From: the human T2T-CHM13v2.0 reference genome, Homo sapiens
DNA: 64,000 nucleotides
Assembly: GCF_009914755.1 (NCBI RefSeq)
Contig: NC_060927.1
Strand: one strand, 5' to 3'
A program made the position numbers and the translations under genes. A model generated the notes under the pieces. That model worked only from the letters and a program-made list of their open reading frames with translations. It made no database searches and was not told the DNA's origin. Every line of letters starts with the position of its first letter. Within the stretch, counting starts at the first letter, position 1. Of the stretch, positions 59,351 to 64,000 are shown piece by piece.

Positions 59351-59862
59351 GAGGTCTAGGTGTGAATGTCAAGTCAGTCCTAAATGTCAGAGGGTACTCC
59401 TATCCTTTTTCATTGTTTTACCACTTTCCAGGGTGTGTGAGTTTACTGAATACTGCTACCTTCAGTCCTGGTTCCATACCACCTTCTCAACCTATTTTTC
59501 TGTTTGGATTATTTTTACCACTCATTATTTACAGTGTGTATGTTATGTTATATTATATTCAAGTGTTTATAAGCTTTTTAAAATCCTTTTCTAGAGAAGA
59601 AAAAAAATCATGTTTGAATGAAGAAAAACAAAGAGTATCTGAAAATGTAAGATATTCTTGCTACGTATTTATTATTGCCCACTCTATAATCAAATGCATT
59701 TTGAGTAGATATCTGGCAACATTTTACTTGTAGAGGGCAGTAAGCTGGACTGCTTTGCAATCTGTTCATTCAGTTAACAAGGAAAATTTCTCAAACTACT
59801 CTCCTCTGCTGGAACCCTCAGTAAGAAGCACATTATACTCAGTATAAACTATACCACAAAAT

Positions 59863-59866
<4 letters not shown>

Positions 59867-59897
<31 letters not shown>
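59867..59897. repeat. (CA)n microsatellite
   Basis: Seen directly. Confidence 0.9.
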
Positions 59898-59899
<2 letters not shown>

Positions 59900-60489
59900 T
59901 CATACCTTACCAGATTAAAAATTTAACAAAACAATATTTATTCTTACTAATTGTGATGTACTCCAGTATTCTCTATTTCCTTCTATTTTTATTTCATTTT
60001 TAAAATTAAATACTGACCTTCTAAGTTGAGCTCATGACTCCCTACTGGATCTCAATCTGCATTTGAAAAAACTTACTGGGCACTAGGACATTACTTTTCA
60101 CAAAACAAAATATTTGTGGATATTTCATTGAATTAATTTTGACGCTGCTGCTGTTTTTTAAAACCATGGTGGGTGTTTTGTAATAATCACCTAAAAATCT
60201 TTCTTGGCTAAATGATGGCAAATTATGTTGAATCATATAAAATACAACAAATTATTTGGAGAGAGAAATCTTAGCCTTGCCTCTTATTACTGGCTTGGCC
60301 ATCACCAAGCAGAGATGACCTATGTTGGGCGTGTGTCTTCATTATGCACCAAGATTCTCATAACTGGATTTTAAACCAGATTCAGACTTTAATTATTAGC
60401 ACAGAATAACTGAATTCCAATACTTGTCAAGAAGAATGACCTCTCTTCTCCCTTCCCAAAAGCTTAGCTGTCAGAAATGACTGTGAAAG

Positions 60490-60817
60490 GGACAGGGACA
60501 GTGGCTCACTCTTGTAATCCCAGCACTTTGGGAGGCGGAGGTGGGTGGATGGCTTGAGCCCAGGAGTTCAAGAGCAGCCTGGCCAACATGGAGAAACCTG
60601 ATCTCTACCAAAAATACAAAAGTAAGCCGGGCGTGGTGGTGTGCACCTGTAATTCCAGGTACTCAGGAGGCTGAGACAGGAGAATCCCTTGAACCTGGGA
60701 GGTGGAGGCTCCGCTGAGCCAAGATCACGCCACTGCACTCCAGCCTGGGTGACAGAGGGAGACTTTGTCTCAAAAAAAAAAAAAAAAAAAAAAAAAGAAA
60801 GAAAGAAAAGAAAAAAG
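60490..60817 (+). mobile_element. Alu (Sx/Jb-like) with long A tail
   Basis: Full dimer; flanks atgactgtgaaag / atgaccgtgaaag. Confidence 0.94.
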
Positions 60818-61277
60818 ACATGACCGTGAAAGGATGATATTTGGAATGTATATTAAACCTAAGTCTTTCTTTGCTGACTCCCCATTTCTACCCTTATTAC
60901 TGTCAACATTATTCTTTATTACTTCTAGTTCTTTCATTTGTCAGAAAGAAGAAAGGATCTAAATTTACCCTGACAGAGTAAATGATATTCTGAATGAAGT
61001 TTTTAAACTCACCATCAAAAGTAGACTTAAACTTGGTATTGAATATCAAGAGCAGAAGAGACCAAGAAGTTTATTTATCAATAACAGGTTAGAGATCAAA
61101 GAAGAACACAGTAGCAGGACCAAGTTGAATACTTCAGGATGGACAGCCTGGTGTGTGGGCAGGTGGGATTGTGGTAGGGTTGGTAATGTAAATTAACAAA
61201 GGAAGGGGGGTGTTGGTAATTGAGATTAATAAAGGAAGGGACATTATTACTCTGGAGGCTAGGGGAGCCATGCCAGG

Positions 61278-61638
61278 TGTATTAGTCCATTTTCACACTG
61301 CTATAAAGACATACCTGAGGCTGGGTAATTTTTAAAGGAAAGAAGTTTAATTGACTCACAGGTCCACATGACTGGGGAAGCCTCAGAAAACTTACAATCA
61401 TGGTGGAAGGCAAAGGAGAAGCAAGTACCTTCTTCACAAGGCAGCAGGAAAGAGAGAAGAGAAAATGAAGGCGGAAGATCCCCTTATAAAACTGTCAGAC
61501 CTTGTGAAAACTTGTTCACTGTCATGAGAATAACACGGGGGAAACTGCCCCCATGATCCAATCACTTCCCTTCCTCCACACATGGGGATTACAATTCGAG
61601 ATGAGATTTGGATGGAGACACAAAGCCAAACCATATCA
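61278..61638 (-). mobile_element. THE1D/MSTA-type solo LTR
   Basis: 'tgtattagtccattttcacactgctataaagacatacctgag...cacaaagccaaaccatatca'. Confidence 0.9.
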
Positions 61639-61849
61639 CTGAGGAAACCTGACTAGACAGGACAACTCGTTGAGAGTGGAGTAGCATCAGGGTACTGCCC
61701 ATCCCTGCTAGGGTGAGCACGGTGACAGACTGTGGACCCAATACCCTGGATTGCCCATTGCCAAATCACCTGAGGAGAGCAATTCAATTTTAACTAATCA
61801 TTTTTGCAAGCTTAGTTGTTCTAGCTGCTGAAAAAAAAAGCACGAGTCT

Positions 61850-62217
61850 CTTTAAAAGGAATAAAATTCTGACACATGCTATAACATGGATAAACCTTGA
61901 AACATTATGATAAGTGAAATAAATCCATTACAAAAGGACAAATATTGTATGCTTCTATTTACATGAGGTACCTAGAATAGTCAAATTCACAGACAGAGAA
62001 AGTAAAATAGTGGTTACTAGGGACTGGGAGGAGGCTAGAATGGGGAGCTGGTGTTTAATGGGTATAGAATTTCAGCTTGGAAAGATTAAAAAGTTTTAGA
62101 GATGAGTACTGATGATAGTTGCACAAGGATGCCACTTAATGCCACTGAATTGTATACTTTAAAATGATTATAATGGTAAATTTTATGTAATATATATATT
62201 GCTACAATTTTTTAAAA
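61850..62217 (+). mobile_element. L1MB3-like 3' end
   Basis: 'aattctgacacatgctataacatggataaaccttga...gaggtacctagaatagtcaaattcac...cttaatgccactgaattgtatac'. Confidence 0.85.
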
Positions 62218-62230
62218 GAGTGTGGGTCCA

Positions 62231-62364
62231 GGCTGGGTGCGGTGGCTCACGCCTGTAATCCCAGCAGTTTGGGAGTCCGAGGCGAGTGGATTACCTGAGG
62301 TCAGGAGTTTGAGACCAGCCTGGCCAACATGGGGAAACCCCATTTCTACTAAAAGTATAAAAAT
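62231..62364 (+). mobile_element. AluS left arm only
   Basis: 'ggctgggtgcggtggctcacgcctgtaatccc...ctactaaaagtataaaaatt' then ends abruptly. Confidence 0.9.
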
Positions 62365-62368
62365 TGAC

Positions 62369-62427
62369 ATATGATATGATATGATATGATATGATATGAT
62401 ATGATATGATATGACATATCATATCAT
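62369..62427. repeat. (ATATG)9 pentanucleotide repeat with inverted (CATAT) tail
   Basis: Seen directly. Confidence 0.93.
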
Positions 62428-63877
62428 AATTTGTAAATTAAATACAAAGTAGGAGGTAATAAGTGCCAGAAAAAAGAAAAATATATGCTGTTTGAGTTTA
62501 GAATCAAGAACCTGAAGTGTGTGTGTGTGTGTGTGTACAAAGGGAGAATTAATTTGAGAAAGTTCCAAGTAATTATATTTTAAATATATATACTGAACAC
62601 TTACATTATATATAAAGCACATATCTATTGTGCATTTTGTACTTTTTGCTTACAAAATTATATTATGACCTAAATAAATGAAATAGTCTTCTCTTTGTCT
62701 GCATTCTTATTGAGATCCAAGTCAACATAGTTGCTTAAAGACAGTTCTCAAACTTTTGATGACAGTAAAATTATGACATATGAGTCAGGAAAGATTAAGG
62801 AATACAGTATAAAGTGACCCTGTGCAACACTGGCGTGGATGTGGGAAGGGCTGGAGTTCAAGACCCACATTTGCGTAGCCTTGGGCACTATCTCACCAGG
62901 CCCCCATTATCTTATCTACAATATAACTAGTTTGGGCTAGATAACTTTCTAGCTCTGTCAGTCTCTGATTCTAGGGAGTAAAATAGTCTTAGCTGTGTTA
63001 TGAATCCATCTATCTCCTTCACCGTAGCAATCACCAGCTTCCTTGGCCAATTGTTGCTGTGTCTCCGCACCCACCCACACTAGTGTCGCAAATCCCCAGA
63101 CATATCATTTCATCTGCTTTTCCTTACCAGAAGAAATGAAGAAAGAAAAAGTGTTTTAACTTGGTGCACCACAATGTCACATTTGCTCCTCTATAGAAAT
63201 GTGAGGAGAAAGAGTTTTCGTTTAATGGTGTAATTGCAAATGGACAACAGTTTTAGAAAACAGGAGTAATTTTAAGAGGCATGATAACCAGCTTCATAGT
63301 AAAGAAACAGTAAAAAGTAAAAACATGATTTTTCTCAGAGTATTCTTCACATTTAAAAATAGTTCTCTGCGGCCTTTTGGCAGCTCAAAGTGAAGAAATT
63401 CTTATGAATGAGCTGGGGAATCAAAGAGAGAATGTGTGAGCCACAGGCAGAAAGCAAGTTCCATTCTAGCAGCAGTTGGCCACAATCTGCTTTTCTGCTT
63501 GGGCCTCAGCTTTTGGACAGCTGTGTGCCTGAGACTGCAAGGTCATTTCTGGCCTTGCCAATGTTGCTTTCAGCTCTTGAGCTTTGGGCTGATTTGTTAC
63601 ACAACAATCACTAACCAACACAGAAGAAAATGCAAAATCTCCAATCCTGATATTAGACAATATTCTGTCAACAAAATGACCACTTATTATTAATAATAAT
63701 GTAATAATTAAATCCCCTATATGTATTTCTTCAGGTCACTTTTACCTGAGTGGGTGGTGAAGAAGGAGGCTGAGTGAGCAGGAGACTTGGCCATATATGG
63801 TTAGAGCTGGTAGTTGGGGTTACGTGGCTGCCAAGCTTTCTGCTATGGACATTCTGTTTTTCCCTGCATGGCAGCAG

Positions 63878-64000
63878 CTAGAGTCCTAGCCCAGAAGTCA
63901 GAGGATGTTTACTCTAATTCTGTCTCTGCCACTTGCTGGTTGTGTGAACTTTGGCTACTCTCTAGACCTCTCTGGCCTCAGTTTCCTCATTCATAAAAAA
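63878..64000 (+). mobile_element. MIR, running off the window end
   Basis: 'ctctgccacttgctggttgtgtgaactttgg...ctctggcctcagtttcctcatt'. Confidence 0.8.

Noticed and set aside
58676-59733. 129-aa and 123-aa ORFs
   Set aside because: Non-ATG starts, no recognisable domain, and the first overlaps a probable LTR; consistent with chance ORFs.

Overview
This window is hominid (human or great-ape) non-coding DNA: AT-rich, CpG-depleted and mostly interspersed repeats. A full-length SVA indicates the hominoid lineage. I found no intact protein-coding gene; the ORFs I could place in the six-frame track derive from Alu, SVA, L1, Tigger1, MaLR-internal, the RPL32 retrocopy or simple repeats, and the rest are short with no recognisable homology. 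The one gene-derived sequence is a full-length, dead RPL32 processed pseudogene (minus strand, ~36137-36657) inserted into the terminal inverted repeat of a Tigger2a. The most notable structure is an apparently complete hAT-Blackjack transposon fossil (12301-17553) with both termini, an 8-bp TSD and readable transposase motifs, split by a nested Tigger1 and two Alus. Also present: a full-length SVA_B-like element, a two-LTR MSTA provirus nested in an older MLT1, a MADE1 (miR-548-type) hairpin, a close inverted Alu pair, several microsatellites and a few enhancer-like motif clusters. I see no evidence of a new biological system; the findings are transposon palaeontology and candidate regulatory or structural DNA. 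Subfamily names come from recalled consensus sequences, not a database search.
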